Source: a virus. From it: a stretch of 64,000 bases of DNA. A program made the position numbers and the translations under genes. Below are positions 28,569-38,373 of the stretch, one piece after another. Below the pieces are notes generated by a model. It was not told the origin of the DNA, did no database searches, and saw only the letters and a program-made list of their open reading frames with translations. Every line of letters starts with the position of its first letter. Position 1 is the first letter of the stretch. Where the stretch lies: positions 96,001 through 160,000 of IMG/VR virus record IMGVR_UViG_3300049427_000004; one strand, written 5' to 3'.

Positions 28569-29322
28569 ACAAGAGTTAATTGATCAGTCTCTTCTAAATA
28601 AGACATTCGATGAAAATAATTATGGGACTATTCTTAGAGTCCTAGCCAAACATTATTTCTCAATTGGCATGGATCAACAACAGGTCAAGGATACTTTGGT
28701 TTCTCATATAAGAGTTCGAGTAAAACAATACATACATAAGGAATGGAATAATCGTATTGATTATGCAGTAAAATCCGTAAAAAAATATGGCTATGAATTG
28801 GTTGATATTCGTGAGGTCATTATTACCATGAGTGAATTAACCACTCTTAAAAGCATCAATGACAATGATCTTGAGAAAATTGCATTTGTATATCTAATTT
28901 ATGGTAAGATATTTAATCAAATAAAAAAGACAAACGACAATTGGGTAAACATTAAAATTAAAGAAGTACTGGTTGATGCAAAAATAAATAAAGGCTATAA
29001 ATCAACAAGAGAACAACAAAGAGCCTTGCGAATATTAAATGAGCTAGGAATATTGAGAAGTTCAAGGAAAGTGGATAACACCAGTGAGCGAGTGTGTTTT
29101 ATTGATGAAGCAAGTGAGCCTGTAATCAAGATCAGTGATTTCAGGGATTACGTTCTAGAATATTTAAAATGGAAAGGTGAAAATGTAGGTAGTTGTGAAT
29201 CGTGTTTCAAGCTAATTCAAGTGCAAAGTAATCGGAAAAAATACTGTAACATTTGCTGGAAAGATAAGTGGAAACAGTATAATGCAGAAAAACAGAGAGA
29301 ATATAGAAACAAAAAATTGTAA
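28549..29322 (+). CDS. conserved-looking hypothetical protein downstream of RNAP, C-terminal Cys4 finger
   Basis: TTG start behind GGAGG; CESCFKLIQVQSNRKKYCNICWK. Confidence 0.7.
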   Translation: MKVVLNEQELIDQSLLNKTFDENNYGTILRVLAKHYFSIGMDQQQVKDTLVSHIRVRVKQYIHKEWNNRIDYAVKSVKKYGYELVDIREVIITMSELTTLKSINDNDLEKIAFVYLIYGKIFNQIKKTNDNWVNIKIKEVLVDAKINKGYKSTREQQRALRILNELGILRSSRKVDNTSERVCFIDEASEPVIKISDFRDYVLEYLKWKGENVGSCESCFKLIQVQSNRKKYCNICWKDKWKQYNAEKQREYRNKKL

Positions 29323-29479
29323 TTCGTGTATTTTTAGAAATAGCTATTAAACCATTGCAAACACTAGCTTTTGAACAATGTTCGGAATTTACTAGTATGA
29401 GGAGAAAAACGTTATTATATAAGACTTTTTCAAATCAAACCACAAACCAAAAACAAAATCAAAGGGAGAAAATAAAAAA

Positions 29480-29803
29480 ATGAATAAACAAGAACTAATA
29501 AATAAGGTTGTAGAACTATCCGAACTTACAAAGAAAGATTCCACTAAAGCAGTAGATGCAGTATTTGATGCAATTACTGAGGCACTAGCATCTGGCGACA
29601 ATGTGAAAATAATCGGTTTCGGAAACTTCGAAGTTCGTGAACGTGCTGCTCGTAAAGGACAGAATCCTAAGCTGTTGAAGCAACTTAAAGAGCAAGGTGT
29701 AGATGTAGAAACTGCCAAAGCACAAGCTGCTATTGATATCGCATCGAGTAAAGCTCCTGCATTCAAACCAGCTAAAAATCTAAAATCGCAAGTTAATGGT
29801 TAA
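29480..29803 (+). CDS. hup: HU-family DNA-binding protein with arm insertion
   Basis: [44 protein letters not shown]. Confidence 0.9.
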   Translation: MNKQELINKVVELSELTKKDSTKAVDAVFDAITEALASGDNVKIIGFGNFEVRERAARKGQNPKLLKQLKEQGVDVETAKAQAAIDIASSKAPAFKPAKNLKSQVNG

Positions 29804-29919
29804 TACATATAACTAAAATATAATTATCCTCATACATATATCAATAATTTTTTATAGTGGATTGAACTCTGATTAAGGGTCTCTCCACTCCCCTATTCTA
29901 CCTTAAATGAGAAAGGTAA

Positions 29920-31242
29920 TTGCCGATGAAAAAAATCTATGTGCTCGATACAAATGTCTTGCTTCACGATCCAAATGCCTTGTACTCATTCGGTGAAAAT
30001 GAAGTTATCATTCCTTCAGTAGTATTGGAGGAAATCGACTCAAAAAAGAAACTCATGGACGAACTCGGTAAGAATGCTCGATATGTGTCTCGTCAATTAG
30101 ATGGACTCAGAGAAAATGCAAAATTACATATTGGTGCTCCTCTTCAAAATGGAGGATCATTGAAAATCGTTAGACATAGCAAAGAATCAATTGTGTTTGA
30201 AGTTTTCAATGAAGTTAATAATGATAACGCAATAATTTCAGTAGCAGAAGCCTTGACAAATGAACTCCCCGAACAAAAAGTAGTACTTGTGTCCAAAGAT
30301 GTGAATGTTCGCATTAAAGCTGATACTGTCGGTGTTACTGCTGAAGATTATGAGTATGATAAATTGGTCACAACCGAAGATGATTTGTATAAAGGATATA
30401 CGGAAATTTTTGTTGAAGACAACTTAATTGATCGCTTCTATAAAGACAAGTGCATTGAAGTTGATGACAGATTTATTAACTACTACGACAATCACTTTAT
30501 TATTCTTAAATCCCATACTTTTGAAGGAAAAAGAGCTGTAACTAGGAAAGTCGGTAGTCAACTTGTTGAATTAGTATTCTATAAAAAAGATATGAAAGTG
30601 TTTGGTTTAACACATAACAATGTTGAACAACTAATGGCACTCGAATTATTGCTTGATGATAGTGTAGATTTAGTAACCTTATCAGGGAAAGCAGGTACAG
30701 GTAAAACACTGTTATCACTTGCAGCAGCGCTACATAAGAAGATGGACGAACAATTATACAATAAGGTTCTAGTAGCTCGACCAGTCGTTCCAATGGGTAA
30801 GGATATTGGTTATCTGCCTGGCGAAAAGGAAGAGAAACTCCGTCCGTGGATGCAACCAATCTATGATAATCTTGAACACTTGTTTGGATGTAAAAGTGAT
30901 ATTGAACTTAATGAAAAACTCCAAGGTTATGAGGATATTATTCAAGTTGAAGCTTTGACCTACATCCGTGGAAGATCGATTCCTAGACAATTCATGATTA
31001 TTGATGAGGCTCAAAACTTATCTCAACATGAAGTTAAAACCATTGTTACACGCATGGGGGTTGGAAGTAAGATTGTACTTGTAGGAGATCCGTATCAAAT
31101 AGACAATCCATACTTAGATATGTACTCCAATGGTCTCACTCATATCACGGAAGCTATGAAAGACCTCAAAAATGTTGGACATATTTCTCTCACGAAAAGT
31201 GAGCGTTCAAGATTGGCACAGCAAGCAGCTGACCGCCTATAA
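29920..31242 (+). CDS. phoH: PhoH-family ATPase with N-terminal PIN domain (YlaK-like)
   Basis: YVLDTNVLLHDP, GKAGTGKT, IGYLPG, YIRGRS, DEAQN. Confidence 0.9.
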   Translation: MPMKKIYVLDTNVLLHDPNALYSFGENEVIIPSVVLEEIDSKKKLMDELGKNARYVSRQLDGLRENAKLHIGAPLQNGGSLKIVRHSKESIVFEVFNEVNNDNAIISVAEALTNELPEQKVVLVSKDVNVRIKADTVGVTAEDYEYDKLVTTEDDLYKGYTEIFVEDNLIDRFYKDKCIEVDDRFINYYDNHFIILKSHTFEGKRAVTRKVGSQLVELVFYKKDMKVFGLTHNNVEQLMALELLLDDSVDLVTLSGKAGTGKTLLSLAAALHKKMDEQLYNKVLVARPVVPMGKDIGYLPGEKEEKLRPWMQPIYDNLEHLFGCKSDIELNEKLQGYEDIIQVEALTYIRGRSIPRQFMIIDEAQNLSQHEVKTIVTRMGVGSKIVLVGDPYQIDNPYLDMYSNGLTHITEAMKDLKNVGHISLTKSERSRLAQQAADRL

Positions 31243-31342
31243 TGAATTCTAAGCTCAAATACATATATCCTCTCATTGACAGGAGACCACTCCTGTCTTT
31301 TTGTTTGTCGTAATACCAAAAAATCTTAGGGAGATGTTTTAT

Positions 31343-31498
31343 ATGTCAGACAATAAGCAAAAGGAACTAAATAAAATCAAAGAGGATTTGTTTGCACTGT
31401 ATCCTAATGCAATTAGCATTTCCTTTACTGTTGAAGGTGATAAAATCACAGTCTCACCAAAAGAGAAGTATGTGGCAACACCTTCTGATGAGGAGTGA
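31343..31498 (+). CDS. small hypothetical protein
   Basis: ATG 31343 behind AGGGAG; MSDNKQKELNKIKEDLF... Confidence 0.55.
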   Translation: MSDNKQKELNKIKEDLFALYPNAISISFTVEGDKITVSPKEKYVATPSDEE

Positions 31499-31502
31499 TT
31501 AG

Positions 31503-32729
31503 ATGACTCCTTCTGATCTTAAAAAAGTCGGTTCAGAAACAATTAAGGATTTTAAAATTCGCATCTGTTCTAATAAGGACATTTATTCTCTAACTTGGGA
31601 AGAAATTAAAGATCTCATTAATAAGCAAACTGGCGACAGCTATGGTGAATCAACATATCGTAAGTGGTGGGCTGCGTTTTCCGATGGATTGGAATTAGGC
31701 AAGTCATCCACTATTAATGATGATGAAATTTTAAGCGAATATGAACTCAAAAAGATTGAAGCAGAAACTGCTGTTAAGAAAGTTCAGGCAGTTAAAGTGG
31801 AATACAATAAACTGCTCCGTGAAGATGCTAGAACTAAAGTTATGTGGGATATGGTTAAGGATAGTATAGATAAATTTCCTACTCCTGATTTCCAATCAGA
31901 CAACTTCTTCTCTGTTCAGGATGATAAGGTTGGTATCCTTACATTTGCAGACATTCACTTCGGAAAGCACTTCCAAAGTATCAATAATTCATACAACGAA
32001 GAACTTGCAAAACAAAGTATGCAAGAATTGCTTTATGAAACTCTAAACATTGTCCATCAACAAGGATTCGGTCATATTCATATCATCAATGGAGCAGATT
32101 CCATTGAAGGCATGAGCCTTCGTGTAAGCCAACTTCAATCAATTTCTATGGGTTTCATCGACCAAACAATTAAATTCAGTAAATTCATTGCTTCGTGGCT
32201 AAATGAATTAAGTAAACATGTGAAAATTACATATCACCATGTTCCAGCGAGTAATCATTCTCAAATCAGACCTTTCAATAGTAGTCGCAGTGAGTTTGTC
32301 TCAGAAGACTTGGAAAAAGTGATAATGAATTATGTCCATGATGTACTTGAATACAATCCCAATGTTAAAGTTCCACTTTATGAATCTGATATTGTTAAAA
32401 TCGATGTCCTTGGCTACAATGTTTGGGCTTTGCATGGTCATCAGTTAAAGGGTAGAAAAAATGCTATCCGTGACTTATCGCTGCTTCATCGTTCTTTCAT
32501 TGATTATCTATATGTGGCTCATTTCCATCATGCAGGTTCATTAACAGTGGGTGAAGGAGTCAATAATGATATCGAAATGATACAGATTCCTAGTGTCATG
32601 GGAGCAGATGAGTATAGTGACAGCCTTATGACTGGAGCAAAAGCTGGAGCTTTGTTTTCAGTGTTTGAAAGAGGTAAAGGAAGAACGATTGAGTATAAAA
32701 TCAAACTACGCAACAAGAGTTCGCTATGA
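31503..32729 (+). CDS. calcineurin-like metallophosphoesterase (SPbeta YonJ-like)
   Basis: FADIHFG, NGADSIEG, ASNH, LHGH, AHFHH. Confidence 0.8.
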   Translation: MTPSDLKKVGSETIKDFKIRICSNKDIYSLTWEEIKDLINKQTGDSYGESTYRKWWAAFSDGLELGKSSTINDDEILSEYELKKIEAETAVKKVQAVKVEYNKLLREDARTKVMWDMVKDSIDKFPTPDFQSDNFFSVQDDKVGILTFADIHFGKHFQSINNSYNEELAKQSMQELLYETLNIVHQQGFGHIHIINGADSIEGMSLRVSQLQSISMGFIDQTIKFSKFIASWLNELSKHVKITYHHVPASNHSQIRPFNSSRSEFVSEDLEKVIMNYVHDVLEYNPNVKVPLYESDIVKIDVLGYNVWALHGHQLKGRKNAIRDLSLLHRSFIDYLYVAHFHHAGSLTVGEGVNNDIEMIQIPSVMGADEYSDSLMTGAKAGALFSVFERGKGRTIEYKIKLRNKSSL

Positions 32730-32959
32730 ATCCCACCTCCCCTCCTGTTAATTTGATAATCCTCAATGTTAATCAACAAAAATCTAAAGAAGATATTATT
32801 GAAGATTACATAGAAATTCTTAAAAGCTGTAAGACGGGTACAGAATTTTATCAGTGTCTATCCATGTTATACGATGATGCAGTAATAAAAACAGGCGAGT
32901 TGATTCTTGAAAAACAGATTCAAAAGAACGTTGAAATTTTAGAAGAGTTGAGAAAATAA
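32726..32959 (+). CDS. hypothetical protein
   Basis: ATGA overlap with the upstream stop (translational coupling). Confidence 0.55.
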   Translation: MNPTSPPVNLIILNVNQQKSKEDIIEDYIEILKSCKTGTEFYQCLSMLYDDAVIKTGELILEKQIQKNVEILEELRK

Positions 32960-33035
32960 TACTTCTCGGTACGCCTATCCTGTCTTAAGGATATGCCAAT
33001 GCCTCCATAACACACCAACATTGGAGGAATAAATA

Positions 33036-33629
33036 ATGAAAAAATTGTTCTATGACGATATCGAAGCAAAATCACTTATGCTCTTCGATAAAATATATTT
33101 GGAAAATCTAAAAGACCGAAAAATTATCCTAAATGGAGAAATTGAAAGCTCAATTATTGATACTGCTGGAATGATGATTAAGAAATTCAATAAAGAAGAC
33201 GAAGCCAAATCACTTGAAGATCGTGTGCCTATAGAGTTGCATATTAATTCATACGGAGGATCTGTTTATGATGGGTTCTCGCTTGTATCAACTATCGTAA
33301 CCTCAAAGACTCCTGTTCATGGCTATTGTGATGGATACGCTATGAGCATGGGGCTTGCTATCTTCACAGCTTGTCACAAACGCTTCTCCTACCCTTTTAC
33401 AAGTTTCATGTATCATGAGGTTGCAACTGGTGTAATGGGGAAAAATGAAGAGATTGAACGTGTTGCTGCGGAGAATAAACGAATCCAGAAAAAGTATGAT
33501 GGTCTTATGATAAAGAACACAACTCTCACTCAAGCAAAACTTGATAAAACAAGGAAATCACTTAAGGACTGGTACTTCGATTCTACAGAAGCAAAAGAAT
33601 TTGGTTTAGTTCATGAAATTATTGAATAG
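33036..33629 (+). CDS. clpP: ClpP-family serine protease
   Basis: INSYGG, YAMSMG (catalytic Ser), FMYHE, WYFDSTEAKEFGLV. Confidence 0.85.
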   Translation: MKKLFYDDIEAKSLMLFDKIYLENLKDRKIILNGEIESSIIDTAGMMIKKFNKEDEAKSLEDRVPIELHINSYGGSVYDGFSLVSTIVTSKTPVHGYCDGYAMSMGLAIFTACHKRFSYPFTSFMYHEVATGVMGKNEEIERVAAENKRIQKKYDGLMIKNTTLTQAKLDKTRKSLKDWYFDSTEAKEFGLVHEIIE

Positions 33630-33649
33630 CATCCATTAAAAATCCAATT

Positions 33650-33846
33650 TCATTGCCTCTCAACAATGCACTTTGTCTAATGACAATTGCTGCCGCAATA
33701 CCTATTTGACCTCGATCGAGGCATCTGCCACAAGGCCATCCTTATACATCTGATCAGATGTTGTTTTGAACGATATCCACGCTAAGTGGCGCAAGATTAA
33801 GTGTCTGAATCCATCTGACTGAGACTTCTAGAATCTCAGTCTTTTT
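33650..33846 (+). ncRNA. candidate structured non-coding RNA (tandem hairpins ending in a terminator)
   Basis: At least seven consecutive short hairpins, then GACTGAGA-9-TCTCAGTC-TTTTT; no credible ORF. Confidence 0.4.
33817..33846 (+). terminator. rho-independent terminator
   Basis: GACTGAGA/TCTCAGTC stem plus T5. Confidence 0.7.
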
Positions 33847-33987
33847 GGTTTGCACATTTTCATCGTGCAAAGTTTCGTGAGTTTCATCCTGCTTCAAGGA
33901 AGTATAATCGCCTGTGTGATTCTCCCTATAATACAGGCTCCTCACGTTACCTATAGGGAAAATGTTATTTGGGAGAAGGTGTTCATC

Positions 33988-34911
33988 ATAGTTACAAAAA
34001 AAATAGAAAAAGAAAATCCTAAGAAAAAACCGTGTATAACTTGTTCAAAAGAAAAATACATAGATCGAAATTATTATGTGAGCTATTCTCAACTGAATGC
34101 CGATGGTCGAATTTCAGTCTGTAAAACTTGCTTAGGAAATATGTTCGATATAGATAATCCACATGAATCCATAAATAGTATTATGCGTCAAATAGATAAG
34201 CCCTATGTATCTCACCTAGTAGATACTTCAATTGAAGAGAGTCCTACAAACGTACTAGGTAAATATATGAAAAATATTGGTATGCGCCAATATCAAGATA
34301 TGACATGGAACGATAGTCAGGTTAAAACCGAAAAGATAAATCTAAATGAGAATACAAACACTCGTAACGCATCGGATTATCAGCTAACAGATGAGTTTGT
34401 CGATAAATGGGGATTTGGATACACTCAAGACGAATATCGTCAATTTGAACGAAAATATAACCTTCTTAAAAACAACTATCAAGAAAAAACAGCAATGCAT
34501 ACTGAAGCTCTTCTTACATATGTTCGTTATCGTGTAAAAGAAGAGCTGGCAACTGCTCAAGGAGATTCTAAAGCTGCTAAAGAATGGGGAACACTTGCAA
34601 AAGATGCTGCTACAGCTGCTAAAATAAATCCCTCTCAACTATCGAAATCTGACTTGTCAGATGGACTTGACACTTTTGGTCAATTAGTTAGAACTGTTGA
34701 GCAAGCCGTAGACATTATTCCTATCCTACCGAAATTCAAAGAGAAACCGCAGGATCGTGCAGATTTTACAATTTGGTGCTATGTGAACTATGTAAGAGAC
34801 TTGAAAGGATTACCTCCTGCTGAGTATAAAGAAATATATGAATTCTACGAAGTCAGAAAGAAAGCATATGAGGACGCTGCTAATCAAGGTGATGAAGATG
34901 GCATCTCATAA
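33988..34911 (+). CDS. putative terminase small subunit (YonG-like position), zinc finger
   Basis: CITCSKEK..ISVCKTC; directly upstream of terL; probable ATA start behind GGAGAAGGTG. Confidence 0.55.
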   Translation: MVTKKIEKENPKKKPCITCSKEKYIDRNYYVSYSQLNADGRISVCKTCLGNMFDIDNPHESINSIMRQIDKPYVSHLVDTSIEESPTNVLGKYMKNIGMRQYQDMTWNDSQVKTEKINLNENTNTRNASDYQLTDEFVDKWGFGYTQDEYRQFERKYNLLKNNYQEKTAMHTEALLTYVRYRVKEELATAQGDSKAAKEWGTLAKDAATAAKINPSQLSKSDLSDGLDTFGQLVRTVEQAVDIIPILPKFKEKPQDRADFTIWCYVNYVRDLKGLPPAEYKEIYEFYEVRKKAYEDAANQGDEDGIS

Positions 34912-36634
34912 TAATTTTCAATCTGACAATGCCAAACACACCAAAAATAGGCTCGATACTCGTAATCCTGATTTCAATCCAACAGTCTCTTCTCGTGGAG
35001 TGATGGAACTTGACAGCTTTAATAAAAATCTTGATAAATACAGTGATTTTATTGCGTGGGCAAGGTTCTATCCCGACTTGTGGTGGGATTTAATTACTCC
35101 AGCCACTGGTGGGATTAGACTCGACCTTGATCAGCGAGTATATCTTAGATGCGTAGCAAGATTTATTTCGAACTACATGGTCTTTCCTCGTGGCTACGGA
35201 AAGACGCTTCTAGAGGTCATGGCTATGGTGCATGCTTGTGTATTCCATGCCGACATAGAAATCACAATGACAGCTCAAACAAGAGAGAACGCTGCCAAAT
35301 TAGTAGATGAGAAATTTCGTGAAATTTTACGGTTCTATCCAATGATCCAGAATGAGATACAAGGGAAACCATCATTTTCGAAAGACTCAGTAGAAATTGT
35401 GTTTACATCAGGTGCTAGAATTGATGTCATGGCAAATGCACAAAGTTCTAAGGGTGCGCGACGAAAAAGACTCAATTGTGAAGAAAGTAACTTATTGAAT
35501 ACTGCTTTATTTGAGGATGTTCTAGAGCCAATTGTCAACGTACCAAGAAGAACTATTGGTAAAGAGGCATTAATAAACCCAGAAGAATTAAATGGACAAA
35601 TTAACTTTATGACTACTTCTGGATTCAGAGGTTCTTCTGAATTTGATAGAAATATTAGTATGATTGATGAAATGACAGATCTTAAAGGAAAAATCGTCAT
35701 TGGCTCCGACTGGCAATTAGCTGTTAATTTTGGTCGCGGTGAGCCTAAATCAGCTATACTCGACAAAAAATCTAAGCTCTCCCCCACTTTTTTTGCGATG
35801 AACTACGAAAGCAAATGGGTTGGAGCTTCTGATTCAGCACTAGTTAGTATAAACAAAGTTATTGATCTAAGAACATTGAAGTTACCTGAATTAAAAGGCG
35901 ACAATAAATCCACCTACATCGTTAGTGTTGACGTTGCCAGATCACTCTCTCAGAACAATAATAAAACGTCAATCTCAGTTATAAAGATAAATAAAACAAA
36001 AGATCATAAAGTAAGCAAGATCTCTTTAGTTAACCTAATTAATTTACAAAACGGATTGAACTTCACAGGTCAAGCAATTGCAGTGAAAAAAATAAAAAAT
36101 AGGTATGGAGCTAAAGCAGTGGTTGTCGATGTGAATGGTGTCGGTTCAGGTCTTCGTGATGAACTCCTTAAAGATACTATTGATCCCAATACTGGAGAAA
36201 GTCTTGGTTGCTGGGATACGATGAACACAGAAGATCAACCAGAAATCGAAAATTCAGAAAAAGTAGTCTATGCGTTAACTGCTCAAGGAATAAACCACGA
36301 GATCATTGTGAATTTCATCGATATGATTGAGAGTCATAAGTTACAGCTCTTAATTAAAAATAATGATAACAATTATGATGTAAATGATACTAACTATTTC
36401 GAAAACAATGTTATGCCACACGTTCAAACTGACTTGTTGCTGGAGGAAATTGCAAACCTCAAACTTAAACAAACACAAAATGGTAAGTATACAGTTGAGC
36501 AATTAACTAAGCGCGTTGATAAAGATAGGTACAGTGCGCTTGCAATGGGCTTATGGTACATCAAGGAGTTTGAAACCAAACAAGCAGAAGAAAATGATGA
36601 AGATTACATGTTCTTTATGCAATCAGGCTTTTAG
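34898..36634 (+). CDS. terL: terminase large subunit (YonF-like)
   Basis: PRGYGKT Walker A, RLNCEES, nuclease VSVDVAR, VVDVNGVG, KDRYSAL; start set at ATG 34898 behind AAGGTGA. Confidence 0.9.
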   Translation: MASHNNFQSDNAKHTKNRLDTRNPDFNPTVSSRGVMELDSFNKNLDKYSDFIAWARFYPDLWWDLITPATGGIRLDLDQRVYLRCVARFISNYMVFPRGYGKTLLEVMAMVHACVFHADIEITMTAQTRENAAKLVDEKFREILRFYPMIQNEIQGKPSFSKDSVEIVFTSGARIDVMANAQSSKGARRKRLNCEESNLLNTALFEDVLEPIVNVPRRTIGKEALINPEELNGQINFMTTSGFRGSSEFDRNISMIDEMTDLKGKIVIGSDWQLAVNFGRGEPKSAILDKKSKLSPTFFAMNYESKWVGASDSALVSINKVIDLRTLKLPELKGDNKSTYIVSVDVARSLSQNNNKTSISVIKINKTKDHKVSKISLVNLINLQNGLNFTGQAIAVKKIKNRYGAKAVVVDVNGVGSGLRDELLKDTIDPNTGESLGCWDTMNTEDQPEIENSEKVVYALTAQGINHEIIVNFIDMIESHKLQLLIKNNDNNYDVNDTNYFENNVMPHVQTDLLLEEIANLKLKQTQNGKYTVEQLTKRVDKDRYSALAMGLWYIKEFETKQAEENDEDYMFFMQSGF

Positions 36635-36651
36635 GAAAGGAGGTTAATTCA

Positions 36652-38217
36652 ATTACTACAACTCCAAAAAAACGTGGAAGACCACCAAAAGCACAAACTA
36701 CAGAGAAAGTGCAATCATCTGCCGAACCTTTTGACATGACCTATGAGTTATGTGCGCTAACAGATTTTATAACTCAGTATGGATCTGGTGCATCGCTTAC
36801 AGATATTAAATTGACTGATCTTTATAATTATCTTAGGAATCCATATAAGTACATAAAGCAGCTACGTCTTGCATCCAAATATTTAACCAATAAACACGGG
36901 ATAGTGAAAGATGTTTTGAAGGCTTTTAAATCTCTTCCTACGCTTAACTATCACCTCGCATGGTCTTCATTAGAAAATCCTAAACAAATAAAAAAATACG
37001 AACAAAAAATTCACGATTTTCTAGAAGAAATTAATGTGAAAAAATTTGTGCGTGATGGGTTATACGAAAGCGGAGAAGTTGGAACCGTAGTCAGTTGTCT
37101 AAGAAAAGGAAAGTATATTCAATTCTTAGATTTGGATGATATAAGAATAAATAAACAAGAAAATGGTAAATGGATTGTTGAATATGATTTATCTGTCATT
37201 AAAGGCAACTTACCCACAAATGCAAATACCTACGATCTTGCAGCGGTGATTGAAGTTCTTCCTGATGAGGTAACAACGAGTGCGTATCTACAGTTTGTTA
37301 AAAAAGGTGAATCATTTAGATATGTGCGATTAAAGAATTGTGATGTTACAGCCATTGATAACAACCGAAATACTCCATACGGCTTACCTTTAAGTTTGGG
37401 TGCATGGACTTCATTAATTCAGAAAGAAATAATCTCAAGAGTTGAACGCAGTCAAGCTGATCAACTAACTAAAAAGTTGCTAATACTTTATGCAGGGAAT
37501 ATCGGTGGAAAAGATAATGGAAAACCAGCACCAAAACCTCTGATTGAAGGATATTTTAAGGAAGTAAGCAATCTTATTGTCAAGAAAGAACAAAACCAAT
37601 CTAAAAATCCTTCAGATGCAAGTGGTACTGGTGTTATCGCACTTCCTGATTTCTTTAAGTTAGAAGGACTAGATGTAAAAGTCGAGATGTTTACTGACGA
37701 CCTATACAAAAAAATTAACGCAGATATTTTCATGAATCTTGGTGTTTCAGAGGCACTTATTTACGGCTCTGGAGCAAACTACTCGTCTGCTAGCATGAAC
37801 AGTGAAAAATTCTTTAGGTACATATATACGTCAATTGAGGAATTTGAAAGAGTAATAAACAGTTACGTTAAATCTATGCTTCCATTCGGATTGAGTTGCA
37901 AGTTCTATTTTGATAGAACAACACTTCTCGATAAAGACAAGTATATCGACAAGTGTAAGGATTTTTACATGCAAACAGGAATCTTTTCACCATGGGCTGA
38001 ATCTTTACTTGGAATTCCTTTTCAATATGCTCTTGGGTTGGCTCAATACGAGCAAGAAGTATTAAAGATATCTGAGTTAATCAAACCTCCACAAAATGCT
38101 TTTACTCAAAGCGGAAGTGAATCAGGCGGAAGACCAGAAGACACTTCAGGTAAAAGTGAAAACACAAACAAAAGCAAGAGTTCTGGTGGTAATAAATCAC
38201 CTAGCCCATCTGACTGA
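36652..38217 (+). CDS. portal protein (YonE-like)
   Basis: Follows terL; ~520 aa; YGLPLSLGAW; frame open back to ATT 36652 behind perfect AAGGAGGT. Confidence 0.75.
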   Translation: MTTTPKKRGRPPKAQTTEKVQSSAEPFDMTYELCALTDFITQYGSGASLTDIKLTDLYNYLRNPYKYIKQLRLASKYLTNKHGIVKDVLKAFKSLPTLNYHLAWSSLENPKQIKKYEQKIHDFLEEINVKKFVRDGLYESGEVGTVVSCLRKGKYIQFLDLDDIRINKQENGKWIVEYDLSVIKGNLPTNANTYDLAAVIEVLPDEVTTSAYLQFVKKGESFRYVRLKNCDVTAIDNNRNTPYGLPLSLGAWTSLIQKEIISRVERSQADQLTKKLLILYAGNIGGKDNGKPAPKPLIEGYFKEVSNLIVKKEQNQSKNPSDASGTGVIALPDFFKLEGLDVKVEMFTDDLYKKINADIFMNLGVSEALIYGSGANYSSASMNSEKFFRYIYTSIEEFERVINSYVKSMLPFGLSCKFYFDRTTLLDKDKYIDKCKDFYMQTGIFSPWAESLLGIPFQYALGLAQYEQEVLKISELIKPPQNAFTQSGSESGGRPEDTSGKSENTNKSKSSGGNKSPSPSD

Positions 38218-38373
38218 TTTAGGATGTGAATATAATTAAAACTCAAGAATGGAATGTTTTCAATCAAAATAACTTTGATAAACAACAGAAAGAGTTAAAT
38301 AGTAAAGCCACCTTTCTTGAATTTGGAGGTTCTTTAAATAAAGAAACTCTAGAAGAAGGAGGTGAAAAGGAAA

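Noticed and set aside
29373-29386. LexA-box-like GAACAATGTTC
   Set aside because: Spacer is 3 nt, not the 4 nt required for GAAC-N4-GTTC.
32726-32750. Anti-Shine-Dalgarno-like CCACCTCCCCTCCT suggesting an antisense gene
   Set aside because: The minus-strand reading gives only 8 codons; the + ORF is explained by an ATGA overlap.
33651-33730. Possible tRNA (cloverleaf-like stems ending in GCCA)
   Set aside because: No TTC T-loop, no 7-bp acceptor stem and no proper anticodon arm; retained only as part of the ncRNA candidate.
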